A DNA stretch of 63,118 bases from assembly GCA_002722695.1 (NCBI GenBank), contig PBMS01000046.1:1-63118 (forward strand). Reading direction: 5' to 3'. Position 1 is the first letter of the stretch. Every line of letters starts with the position of its first letter. Made by a program: the position numbers and the translations under genes. Shown in pieces: positions 24,587 to 35,500 of this stretch. The DNA is from Methanobacteriota archaeon. GTDB lineage: Archaea; Thermoplasmatota; Poseidoniia; Poseidoniales; Poseidoniaceae. The notes under the pieces were generated by a model. The model saw only the letters and a list, made by a program, of their open reading frames with translations, did not search any database and was not told where the DNA came from.

Positions 24587-24676
24587 CGCACTGTTCTCAA
24601 ACAGCCACCCTGTGATTCACACAGGCGTTGATTTGATAACACCGGTTGGCAAACAACACGATAACGGGGACTGACC

Positions 24677-25909
24677 ATGGGTGGATTACTGGACAAAGCA
24701 AACGCTGCTAAAGAACCTGAAACGGACATAAAAACGGTCGAACCTGAGCCGGTTGTCCAAGAAAAAGCAGCCCCCGCCTCCAAAGCAGCTTCTCCCTCCA
24801 AAGCAACACCTGCGATGTCCAGTGCGTCGGGTTCTCCTGACAACGCCACCAAACTCAACCTTGCGGGCTGGGTAATCATTCTCGTTGGGGCCATCCTTTC
24901 GTTGCAGGGCGGCTCTTGGGGCTTCGCTGTTGTGGCGGTCGTTCTCATTCTTGGAATCGGTGCCATCGTGCAGGCCGACAGGATGCGTGGGAGCGTCAGC
25001 AAACCCAAGCTCTACGGAAGCATCGTTGTGGCTCTGCTGATCGCCACCACACCCTACGCTGCCGTCATGCTCGTTCCAACAAACGCTTCGATGGCCATCT
25101 CCGAGGTGGAACTCAACGAAGAAACCGATGAGCTCTCGTTCAAAGTCCGTGGCACCATGTCGTCGGTGGACGTTTCAATCGAAGCCGACGGCGTTGAGAT
25201 GTGGACCGGTTCAGGTGATGTCAGCAACGACATGAAGAAATTCAAGGTCCCACTCGCAGACTTCTTTGCCGGCAACGGTGAAAACCACGCCGGAACCGAA
25301 GTCGTGGAGTACATCATCAAGGGTGCTGGTTCGAACGGTCAAGAAGGCGAAATAAAAATCCCGTCCCGTTTCACGACACGAGAGGCTCAGGATGCTGGCG
25401 TCCGAATTGCTGAGCTTCACGACAGCAACGATGCAGAAGAATACGTTGGTATCACGATGGAAATCCTTGTTGGCCTCCTCAGTCCGAATGAAGATGCTGT
25501 GGACGGTGGCGGCTTCAGTGCAGTGGGTTTACGACCGATGAATGCAGACTACCAAGTTCAGGTAACCGTTAGCGGTGGGGAAACGTGGACTGAGAGTTTG
25601 ATCTCCGTGGATGGAGACATGGCGACCTGGTCGCCTCAGGGCGGTGGAACAGGGAGCGGTTCAACCGCAGGATGGTTCGGACTCACAGGCTCGGGCACCG
25701 ACAATTCCGGCGTCTTTTACCTCGATAAATCAGAATTTTACGAAGGCGCAGGATGCTACACGTTCACCGTTGACATCACCAACACGCTCGGAGATCAATC
25801 CGTCTTCACGTCGGAATACAGCTGGAACATCGATCTTTCATCGGGCGAACGGGACAGCAACAATGATCCCGTTCGACCCAAAGGCGACGGCGTAACCACG
25901 ACCTGCTGA
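24677..25909 (+). CDS. hypothetical membrane protein (low-complexity K/P/A/S N-terminus, 3 TM, extracellular beta-rich domain)
   Basis: The N-terminus is EKAAPASKAASPSKATPAMSSASGSP. The TM helices are LAGWVIILVGAILSL, WGFAVVAVVLILGIGAIV and LYGSIVVALLIATTPYAAVMLV. The frame has a coding-like composition, and there is no competing frame. Confidence 0.65.
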   Translation: MGGLLDKANAAKEPETDIKTVEPEPVVQEKAAPASKAASPSKATPAMSSASGSPDNATKLNLAGWVIILVGAILSLQGGSWGFAVVAVVLILGIGAIVQADRMRGSVSKPKLYGSIVVALLIATTPYAAVMLVPTNASMAISEVELNEETDELSFKVRGTMSSVDVSIEADGVEMWTGSGDVSNDMKKFKVPLADFFAGNGENHAGTEVVEYIIKGAGSNGQEGEIKIPSRFTTREAQDAGVRIAELHDSNDAEEYVGITMEILVGLLSPNEDAVDGGGFSAVGLRPMNADYQVQVTVSGGETWTESLISVDGDMATWSPQGGGTGSGSTAGWFGLTGSGTDNSGVFYLDKSEFYEGAGCYTFTVDITNTLGDQSVFTSEYSWNIDLSSGERDSNNDPVRPKGDGVTTTC

Positions 25910-25958
25910 ACAGGACGATATTACAGCCGTCGGCACCGCCAGACGTACGTCTTAACCG

Positions 25959-26207
25959 TCATTGTTTCGAACGAACCAACGACCAGTTGTCCCTGCGGAG
26001 ACCTTCCAAAGCGACGCCTGTCAGCGCACCCCACAGCCACGCAGCCCCCACGTCAAGGGCGAACATCACCAGCATTGCAGCGGCCGCAAGAATCCAATGA
26101 TGAACCCAAACCCGTTTCGTTCGGAGGTGGAACTTCAGACGTTCAGTGGCCCATCTCGCCGCTGCAAACGAACCGATGATGGAAACCGAATACACAGCGA
26201 AGTCCAT
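25959..26207 (-). CDS. small hypothetical membrane protein (about 82 aa, 3 TM)
   Basis: MDFAVYSVSIIGSFAAA...WILAAAAMLVMFAL...AWLWGALTGVAL. A TTATAC box (plus-strand 26229-26234) lies about 25 nt upstream of the ATG at 26207, suggesting a leaderless mRNA. Confidence 0.45.
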   Translation of the reverse strand: MDFAVYSVSIIGSFAAARWATERLKFHLRTKRVWVHHWILAAAAMLVMFALDVGAAWLWGALTGVALEGLRRDNWSLVRSKQ

Positions 26208-26287
26208 GGACACTCCCTGGCCCGTGCAGTATAACCCGTTTGTGGTGGCTTTTCAGTCCCACACTGCGGACCGATGGCTGGTTCGCT

Positions 26288-27997
26288 TCACTGGGCGTCC
26301 CCGTCTGCGGTGCTCTCGGGCTGTTCGCTCGTGTTGGGTGCCAGTTCTTCCACCGTATCGTAGGATTTCTCATCCGTCTGGGACTGACGAGCCACGATGA
26401 CGGCTAAGCCGACAAAACCCAAGGCAGCGGCGAGGATGATCAGAATCGGAGCGTCTTCGTCTTCCTCCGCGTACTCCCACGTCACCACCGGAGATGCGGC
26501 ACCGGCAGAAACAACGACGCTGTCGGCAATGCCTTGCAAGGAGTCCGGAAGCAGCGGCTTGCAGGTGAGCGTTTCATCCCCTGCGGTGTATCCATACCAT
26601 GTGAACGGAACGTCTTTTGTTTCCCCGGGAGCAAGACTGACTTTCATTTGCGTGGTGTCCGCTGGTGTGTTGTCGTCCGAAAGGTAACACCACACGTCGA
26701 TGCTGTTCGCTGCCGCTGCACCGGTGTTCGCTACGGTCACCATGCCTGAGACACTCTTGTTGGCCACACCTTGGGTGGTCTCGGGAGCGACGGCGGTCAC
26801 CTCAACGAACGGTAGGGCGACCTCCAGTGTTGCAGTGGATGTTTTTGGCGCGTTGATGGTGGTGGAATACACACCCCAACTGCTCGAGACGGAGAGCGTA
26901 ATTTGTGCGTCCTCCTCGTGAAGCACGCCGTCGCCGTCCATCCATTCAACGATTCGCTTGTGTTCATTGGTTGGCCCGTCCTCAACAAGCACGAGATGTC
27001 CGTTTTCATCGGTGAGGTCGTTCCAGTCCGCAGCTCCCCAACCCATGTCGTACACGTCCACGCTCCCGTTCGGGAGATTGGTGCTGAGTGCACGCTGGGA
27101 GAGCACACGAATCCAAGCGTCCGTGGTGCCTCCGGTTCCCTGGCTGTTGGTGTAAACGATGGAGGCGTTGTCGTGCAAAACGATGTCCTCGTCGGTGCGG
27201 GAACCGTCCAGCATGCTGTTGATCACCGAGACCGACGCAGTGGTGGCGGCGTCAACCGGTGCGCTTCCGACCAACTCTGACGTGTCAAATTGGCACAACG
27301 ATTTGCAGTGGATTTCAGCGCCGAGCAGAGTGCTGCTGGTAACCGTTAAGTCGCCGTGTGCGTGGATGTGGAAGCCGGATTGGAACCAATACAGCGGTGC
27401 GTTCACGGCGTCAATGTCCTGTGCGTAGACGGTTTCGGTGTTTCCTCCACCATAGATGGCCTTGGCCCACATAAGGTAGGTCGGCGTGAAGTAGTAGGAA
27501 TCGAACGAGAGGGTTAGATTCGTTCCGTTGAGTGGGGCGTCAAACTGCACGAGGTCGTGGCCGGAGGCGTTGACGGTTTGCTCGCCCAACGTGACCTCCA
27601 TCTTCGCACCCTCGGCGACGACGTGGTCAAACTTCAGTTGCAGGACGCCGTCGTCAGCAAGATCACCAAAGTTGAGCGTGAGAACCGCGTAGATGCTGTT
27701 CACCATCAGTCCAGCGTTGAGGTCGTCGCTGAGCAGAGCTCCGTTCGTCACCACGAGTTGCCCGCCTTCTTCGACGGTGATGGACGAGCCCGTCGCCATG
27801 CTGATGTTGGCGTTTACGGTCAGGGATGCACCGCTCTGGACAACCACATGCCCGTCCATCGCTCCGTCCTCGTCCCAAATCTCAGACTCGGAGACGGTGT
27901 GTGTGCCCCCGTCTCCTGGGGGCACGGCTGCCGCAATCGGCAGACTGAGCAGTAGGAAACAGAGCACAACAGACAACAAACGTTCGGAGGTTCGCAT
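26288..27997 (-). CDS. hypothetical cell-surface protein (signal peptide, beta-helix/CARDB-like body, C-terminal TM anchor)
   Basis: Signal peptide MRTSERLLSVVLCFLLLSLPIAAA. A CARDB-like segment reads VTVANTGAAAANSIDVWCYL...VSLAPGETKDVPFTW. The C-terminal TM is ILIILAAALGFVGLAVIVA, followed by an acidic tail. The start was trimmed from GTG 28036 to ATG 27997. Confidence 0.72.
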   Translation of the reverse strand: MRTSERLLSVVLCFLLLSLPIAAAVPPGDGGTHTVSESEIWDEDGAMDGHVVVQSGASLTVNANISMATGSSITVEEGGQLVVTNGALLSDDLNAGLMVNSIYAVLTLNFGDLADDGVLQLKFDHVVAEGAKMEVTLGEQTVNASGHDLVQFDAPLNGTNLTLSFDSYYFTPTYLMWAKAIYGGGNTETVYAQDIDAVNAPLYWFQSGFHIHAHGDLTVTSSTLLGAEIHCKSLCQFDTSELVGSAPVDAATTASVSVINSMLDGSRTDEDIVLHDNASIVYTNSQGTGGTTDAWIRVLSQRALSTNLPNGSVDVYDMGWGAADWNDLTDENGHLVLVEDGPTNEHKRIVEWMDGDGVLHEEDAQITLSVSSSWGVYSTTINAPKTSTATLEVALPFVEVTAVAPETTQGVANKSVSGMVTVANTGAAAANSIDVWCYLSDDNTPADTTQMKVSLAPGETKDVPFTWYGYTAGDETLTCKPLLPDSLQGIADSVVVSAGAASPVVTWEYAEEDEDAPILIILAAALGFVGLAVIVARQSQTDEKSYDTVEELAPNTSEQPESTADGDAQ

Positions 27998-28097
27998 GGT
28001 CTTCTCAGAGCGCTGCGGCGAATAAGGGTTCTTCACACCGGAGCGGTCAACCCCTCGCCACGAAGGCCTTATTCATCGTCCGGGCGTCAGCCGATTC

Positions 28098-29372
28098 ATG
28101 AAGAACGCAACGGTAGTTGTGGTGGGCGGGGGAGGTCGTGAACACGCCCTTTGCCTTTCTCTTGACGCGTCGCCCCTGGTCGATTCCATCCATTGCGTTC
28201 CAGGCAACGCCGGCACCGCTCGTCTCGCAACCAATCACGCGTGCGACATGTCGATTGAGGCGTTGTTGGACGTGTTCGGACGGGTCGGGGCAAATCTGGT
28301 TGTGGTGGGGCCCGAGGCACCGCTGTGCGAGGGTCTGGCCGATGCGTGTTCGGATGCTCACATTCCGTGCTTCGGACCGGTTGCAGCCCTGGCACATTTG
28401 GAAGGCTCCAAGCTTCACGCCAAGCGAACCATGGAGCAGGCAGGCGTTCCCACCGCAGACTACCAACGATTGGATCACCACAGCGACGTAAACGCTGCTC
28501 TCGACGCCTTCTCAGGAGCGCCCTGGGTGGTGAAGAGAGACGTCCTCGCAGGCGGCAAAGGCGTCGTGGTCACCGAAGACAGGGACGAAGCAGCTTCCTT
28601 CATCGAGGCATCGATTCGCAGCGATGGATTCGTTCTCCTCGAGGCGTTCCTTCCGGGTGAGGAAGCCAGCATGCTTGTGGTGATGGACGGCACGGCTTTC
28701 CACACCCTACCGCCAAGTCAAGACCACAAGCGTGCCTACGACGGAGATTTGGGACCGAACACAGGTGGCATGGGTGCGTATTGCCCCGCACCGGTGATCT
28801 CAGAAGCTGTCCATGAGAAAATCATACATCGAATCGTTGAGCCCATGCACGCTTACCTTTCGGCCAACGAAACGCCCTATCGAGGCGTGCTCTTCATCGG
28901 TTTGATGATCGATGACAACGACGACCCTTTCGTGGTGGAATTTAACGTTCGTTTTGGCGACCCTGAATGTCAGGTGACCTTGCCGTTGGTGAAAACGGAC
29001 GTCTTCAGCTTGCTTTACGGGGCCGCAACCGATGGCCTGCATGCGCTGTCACTCGAGGTCCATTCGGGCAGCTCGGTGACCGTTGTGTTGGCGTCCGAAG
29101 GCTACCCGGCAGCCCCCATCAAAGGTCGTCCAATCCACGGTTTGGATAAGGCGTTGACGACCACTGCGTACGGGGAAAAATGGGTGAACTTTGCAGGGGT
29201 CAGCACCTCAGAAGACGGAGGCTACATCGCCTCCGGCGGCAGGGTTCTCTCCTGCACAGCGTTGGGTGCCGACCTTGCTGAGACCCAAAAAACGGCGTAC
29301 AGCTTGATGTCAGCACTGCAACTAGAAGGGGGCCATTACCGCTCAGACATTGCCCATCGAGCCATGCGCTGA
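28098..29372 (+). CDS. purD: phosphoribosylamine-glycine ligase
   Basis: VVVVGGGGREHAL...CVPGNAGTA, an ATP-grasp core (VVKRDVLAGGKGVVV) and GMGAYCPAP match PurD, and the length of 424 aa is typical. Confidence 0.92.
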   Translation: MKNATVVVVGGGGREHALCLSLDASPLVDSIHCVPGNAGTARLATNHACDMSIEALLDVFGRVGANLVVVGPEAPLCEGLADACSDAHIPCFGPVAALAHLEGSKLHAKRTMEQAGVPTADYQRLDHHSDVNAALDAFSGAPWVVKRDVLAGGKGVVVTEDRDEAASFIEASIRSDGFVLLEAFLPGEEASMLVVMDGTAFHTLPPSQDHKRAYDGDLGPNTGGMGAYCPAPVISEAVHEKIIHRIVEPMHAYLSANETPYRGVLFIGLMIDDNDDPFVVEFNVRFGDPECQVTLPLVKTDVFSLLYGAATDGLHALSLEVHSGSSVTVVLASEGYPAAPIKGRPIHGLDKALTTTAYGEKWVNFAGVSTSEDGGYIASGGRVLSCTALGADLAETQKTAYSLMSALQLEGGHYRSDIAHRAMR

Positions 29373-29396
29373 ACGGGTTGAAAATCATCGATGTTT

Positions 29397-29406
29397 CCTC
29401 ATAAAG
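29397..29406 (+). promoter_or_regulatory. candidate TATA box (CCTCATAAAG) upstream of the giant aglB ORF
   Basis: This is the same CCTCATAA core as at 217 and 52238. It would give a 5' UTR of about 90 nt. Confidence 0.25.
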
Positions 29407-29518
29407 AAAAGGGCTACTGAGGGACCGACCTCTCGTAGGTAACCCATCATCTTCAAAAGGGGTTCAGAAGTGGCCAACGACGCCAGCCTTGAGGCTGGAC
29501 CTAAAATGAGGGATACAA

Positions 29519-32500
29519 ATGGAAGAACAATTGGATACGAAGGCGGTTCAGCCAAGTGCCACAATGGGGTTGCTGCTCGCACCCTTGGCCGTGCTGCTCG
29601 CTCTTGCCACCACCCGGGTCGTGGGCATTGACTACGACTTGACGTTGAACAACATGACGCCGATGCTGGTTGTCGCCGTCGCAAGCATGGCCGCTTTGCT
29701 GCCACGCATCCTGAAAGAAACTCAACCCCATTTGTCCACCTCCACCGTTTCCCTCGGCGTGTTGGTGTTGGCCATCGTCGGTGCCGAGTTGCTTTACATG
29801 TTCGCAGACGTCGACGCCGTTGCTGCATTGATGTTCGCCATCATCGTCGTGCTCGGCTCAAACCTCGACCTTCGCGGTCGACACGAATGGATGACGACGA
29901 TGGTGTTCACAGCCGTCGGTTTTTGGATTGCTGTTTCCGCAGCAGGGGACGCCTACGCTGCCCTCCCAACCACCTACACCATGGCCAGCGGTGAACTCGT
30001 TTCAACAATGAATCTGGAGCGTCAAGCCACGGCCTACGTTTTCTTTGCCTACTGGACCATGTTTGCACTCGCTGGCTTGTTGGCTGGTGTGCTCGCACGA
30101 GGAAACCTCAACCCGGGTGCCGAAGACGGCTGGTTTTCTTTCCTGGGCCAAACCAAAGGATTCAATCGATCGGCAACGCCGCTGATCCTCGCTCTTGTCG
30201 TGTCGATTCTCGCCTTTGCGGGTTCGCTGTGGCACTTTAACTCGGTTGAGGTTTTCAACCAGTTGGGCATCACCACTGAAGACGGTTACCACGGCTACGT
30301 GGGGTATTGGAGCGCCTTCTTGACCGGTGTTGTTGCGTTGATGATCGCAGGCATGGTTGCCGAGCGGTGGTACACTCGATCGATGCTTCTTGGATCCATG
30401 TGGGTGCTGTACCAAGTCTCCGCATCGTTCGAGGCCGGCATGTGGTACAATGAAAACTTGGACGGAACATGGGGCGCTTTGATTTGGCTCGCCATCACGT
30501 TCTTCCTGTGCGTCGGTGTGTACTCAATCGGCAATCACGAGCGATACGGAGGCTGGGCCAACCGCGGTGAGCACGAACCTTCCCAGGCTCGCTTGTTCCT
30601 GCGAGCCCACGGTGCCGGCATGATGATCGCTCTGGCGTTCATCGTTGGCCTCGCCATCCGCATCCAGTGGTACGCTGTGCCGTCAATGAATGCGTTTGGA
30701 ACAGGAAACTGGGACATGACCGGAGGCTCCGACCCATGGTACATGAAGCGAGTTGTGGACTACATTCTGGCCAACAACGCTCACCTGGTGGTCGACCCCG
30801 ACCGGTTCTACCCCATCGGTGGTATCAACCCCCGTCCGCCGCTGTTTTCGTGGTCCATGGCCCTTGGCGCCATGGCGGTCGAACCCTTCTTGGGTTCACC
30901 TGAAAATGCGGTCTGGTGGAGCATGCTTGCTCTGCCAGCCGTTTACGGCGCGCTCACGGTGTTCCCCATCGCCAGCATGGCCCGGGATCATTTCGGCAAA
31001 GGCGCCGCTGTTCTGGCTGCTTGGCTCATCGCCTTCATGCCAGCCCACGTGACCCACTCGACATGGGCACTCGCCGACCACGATTCGTTTGTGATGCTCT
31101 TCATCTCGATCGGATTCATGTATTGGCTGCGAGCGGTGAAGTACGCTGGCTCAGCCCGTCTCACCAAGACCACAACCCCCCATCCGCTGTCCTTTGTTCG
31201 TGCGTTCCACGACGTGGCCGAACAGCGCAAGGCGGCCATGGCCAACGCGGTCCTCGCCGGCGTTGCGTTCGGTATCGTTGCGCTTGGCTGGAAAGGGTTC
31301 GTGGTCGGCCCGTCCATTCTTTTCCTGGCTTACGCATTGCAGGTCGCTCTGAACATGTTCCGCCGCCGAGACTCCACGGTCCTCAGCGTGATGTTCTTGG
31401 TAATGCTGACGACCACGTTCTTGATGGCCTTGCCCTTCTACGCACACCCTCAGCTCAACCTGGTGTTCGATTCGACCGGATTGCAGCCGTTCCTGTTCAT
31501 CTTCGGCTTCACCATCGCCATCGCCTACATCACCACCGGATTCCGAGACAAGCCCTGGTTGCTGGTTCTCGGTACTCTTGGCAGCGTGGCTCTGGTCTTC
31601 TTTGCCGTGTTGTATGCGCTCAAAGTGGCTGACATCTCGGACGCATGGGATGTGTTGTTCACCGGTAGCGGATACTTCACGAAGACCAAGATCTTCGGGA
31701 CTGTTGCTGAAGCCAATGCGCCCAATCGCGCTCAATTGTTTGCCTCCTTCGGACCCATCACGTTCCTGCTCGCTCTCATCATGGGCGGCGGCTTGTTGTG
31801 GCGCGGTCTGCGGTCGCGAAACGGCACCGCTCTCGTGTTTGGTGTCTGGGTCTTTGCGGCGACCTTCATGGCATGGAACGCCGCTCGTTTCATGTTCAAC
31901 GCCACGCCCATCATGGCCATTCTCGGTGCAGCGGGCATCGTTGCCTTTTGGCGATGGGCGGAGTGGAGCAGTTTGGTCCGCTCGTGGAAGAAATTTGGAA
32001 TCCGAACACCGGGCGATCGAATCGCTGGTGCTCGTAAGGCTGTTTGGCGCACACCTCAATTCTCCGCAGTGTTCCTCGTCATGATCATGATTTTCAGTCA
32101 ACAAGCCACCTACGGACTGGACTCCGCCATCCCCGGCACCTCAACCCAAGAGCAGGAAATCGACGAACGCATCTACAACATTGTCCCGGACATCCTCCGA
32201 TTCGATGAATTAGGCTTCTCTCTGTTGGACAACAAAGACGACGATGGTCGTCGATACCTCGGAAGTTTCGGATCGTCGTTCAACGACAACGGCTGGAACG
32301 CCGCCTACCAATGGCTGGAAAATCAAGACAGGCAAATGAAGTACTCGGACAAACCGGCCTTTGTCTCGTGGTGGGACTACGGATTCCAAGCTCTCAGCAC
32401 GGGCCAGCACCCCTCTGTCTCGGACAACTTCCAGTCGGGAATCCCCGCAGCAGGAAACATGCTGCTCGCACGAAGTCAGGACGACTTGACAGCGATGTTC

Positions 32501-35500
32501 ATTTGGCAACTCTCAGAGGGCGATCGCACGTACGCCAGCGACGGTGAGGATTACAAGATGACGGAACGGTTCATCGACACGGTTGACGCCTACCTGACCG
32601 ATGACCAAATGGACGACTTCCAAACCATGCAAATGACCTTTGATGAAACCATGATCGACTTCATCGAGACGCGGTCCTTCAACGTCGTGAAAACCAATCG
32701 AAACATCGTGATGGCGGAGGGTTACACCCACGAGGCCGGTGTTTTCGACAGCACCACCAAGGTCTACAAGATTTACAAGGACTATGAACCCATTCCCTGC
32801 ACGGACGCCGTTTCAACGTCGTGCGTCGGTGATGCTTGGGGTTCAATGGACCAAGCCGACATCACGTTCAACAACAACGTTCGAACTGCATCGGAAACCG
32901 TTGAAGGCCGAACTCACACCATCTTTGGCGATTATTGGTACACCGACGACCTTCTCGACGAATACACCTCGGTTTCAACGTCGATTCATCGAAAGAACGC
33001 ACGCTTGGCCATGGCGGTTCAGCTGTTGACTGAAGCGTTTGATGCTCACCCAACCGCAAGTATACACGATCTGTACCACGACCTCATCAACCTTGAGGGA
33101 CACTACAAAGTTCAAGATTACGAAGGCGCACCCGGCGAAACCATCAGCAGAGACCATGAAATTCGGTACTTCGCTGTCGACGATCGGTTGTACCCTCGAG
33201 CCGGCCGATACACGGCCGATGCGCAGTACAATCGAGGACAACCCATGGGCATCTTTGGTGCTCCCACCATTTTGGCAGGCCAAGACATCACCACCTACAT
33301 GGACGAAGTGTACGAAACCGTGCGAGGCGATTTCCAAGATGAAATGACCCGAGAGGAGGTGGACGAAGCCATGCAGAAGGACTTCCTGAACCAACAAGCC
33401 GGTGCCGACATCGACATGCTGCAGATTGAAGACGTGCGAGTGGACCACAACCCCGCCTTCTTCGACACCATGGTCGCACGAACTTACGTCGGATACGGTG
33501 CGTCCACGTTGGGTCTTGACGTTGGCTCAAGCAATCCACAACCCGCTCAGCACTTCGGGCAGTCGGGCTCTCCAGGGAGCATTCTCACCAATTCGTTGCC
33601 GCTTCCGGGGGCCATGATGAACCACTTTGTGGTCTCCAACTGGTACAGCGAGGTTGAGGAATCATCGATACAGAGCACCAACACCCTCGTTAAAATTCTG
33701 AAGTACTATCCCGGTGCAACCCTGACCGGCCAAGTCACCATGGGCGATAACGGCGAGCCCCTGCCGGGCGTGCGGTTGCTCATTGAGCGAGATGCATTCT
33801 CCGGTGAGAATGGAGAGGACTTGGACGCCGATACATACTGGGTCCCCATCGGATTCGTGGACGCCGACGACGAAGGAAACTATGAGTTCCTCGTCCCCGC
33901 TGGCCGCATCCGAATTTCCGCCTTTGCGGGCATCTTTGACGCCACCGCAGCGCGCGACAACATCCGAGACGGTTCGTACGGGCAGCGACTCGGTGACATT
34001 CTCACCGAGTACAATGAGGACCGAGAGATCAACGAAATCACTGCAATTTTGGGCCAAGTGGCCAACATGACCTGGATGGGCGAATCTCAGTTGAACGTCA
34101 CTTCAGAGGAAGCGAACCGTTCGGTTTCGTTTGACAAGACCCTCGATCTTGCCGTCCAAAGCAGCGGTGTTTCTGGCACCGTCGTTTGGTCCGGTGATGA
34201 AGCGTTCAGCGGTGATCCAATTTCGGAAACCACGTTCATCCTGAGAAACATTTGGTCGATGACGGACAACTACACCGTCGAAACCACCAGCGGTTCATTC
34301 ACCTCTGAAGACTCCCGCATCCTCCAAGGAACGGGCGAAGCGACTCTGGTTGAGAACGGCTCCTTTGACAGCGAAGGCATCGCTCTTGCGAGCAACTTCA
34401 TCGGAACCTTCACTCGAGACATCGGCAACGAGCGCTCGTTCTTTGCCAACGGTACGTGGTCTGGAAACGGTGTGCTTGAAGCTTCGTGGGTCGATGCTAC
34501 CGACGTGGTGGAGTGCGATACGGACAACGAATCCAACGCCATCATGCCCACCAACCAAACGCTTTGTGTCATTGAATCCGGCGACACGCCTTCCTATCGA
34601 CTGGAGGGCACCGTCGAAGCCTTTGGCACCTTTACGTCCGAAGGGACATCCACGCTGAGCCGCACCTACGGAGATGCTGATACCTCTCAAGGAGAAACCC
34701 TCGAGGGAGCCGGACTCTTCGAAGGGACTGGAACCTTCAACGGCACCGGGTTGTTCGTTGGTGTAGGGTCCTTCTCTGGCCCCATGGTGGAACCCGGTTC
34801 CTTTTACAAGACCGGACTTTTGCCAGGGACCTACAACATGATTGCACAATTGGCCAACGGAAAGGAAGTCCTCCTACCCGACCCGGTTGAAATCGGCGTC
34901 GAACCCAGCTACGATCTTGACATGAACATGCCAGGTGCCATCTTCAAGGACACCCTGTTTGACATGAACGGTGAAATCATGCCCAACCAAACCATCGAAT
35001 TTGTTGACGTTGACTTGGGTGAGGAGTTTACCGTGATGATCGACACCGATGAAAACGGCAACTTTTCCTACGGACCGATTCCGGTGGGCGACTACTACTA
35101 CAGAGGTGACGTCGATAACGACGGCTGGTACGACTTCAACGAATCCACGTTCGTCACCGACGCTGTCACGAACATCACGATGGCTTTGAACGTTCCAGAA
35201 ACCGCCGACGTCTCGCTGACGCTCGTTTCCCCGGTCGACCCCGTGTCAGCGGAACCCTTGTTCGATGTGGCCAATCGTACCATCACCTTCCAAAACGAAG
35301 TTGACGTTCTCGATCCGATCAACGTGACGAGTGACGAGAACGGTGAACTCTACGTCGAACTTCTCTACGGCGTCTGGAACATACGCGATGACGTAAACCC
35401 GGAATTTGTGCTCTTCGACCAAATTGAGCTGGAACCAGGAACCGGCGATGTGGTTCAAGACGTCACCTACGCTCAAGCAGCGTACATCAACGGAACGATG

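Noticed and set aside
29483-29498. Hairpin CCAGCC-TTGA-GGCTGG in the aglB 5' leader, and a similar CCTGTG-ATTCA-CACAGG hairpin at 24609-24625
   Set aside because: Both are only 6-bp stems, which are expected by chance at this GC content. They lack flanking U-tracts or conserved context that I can assess.
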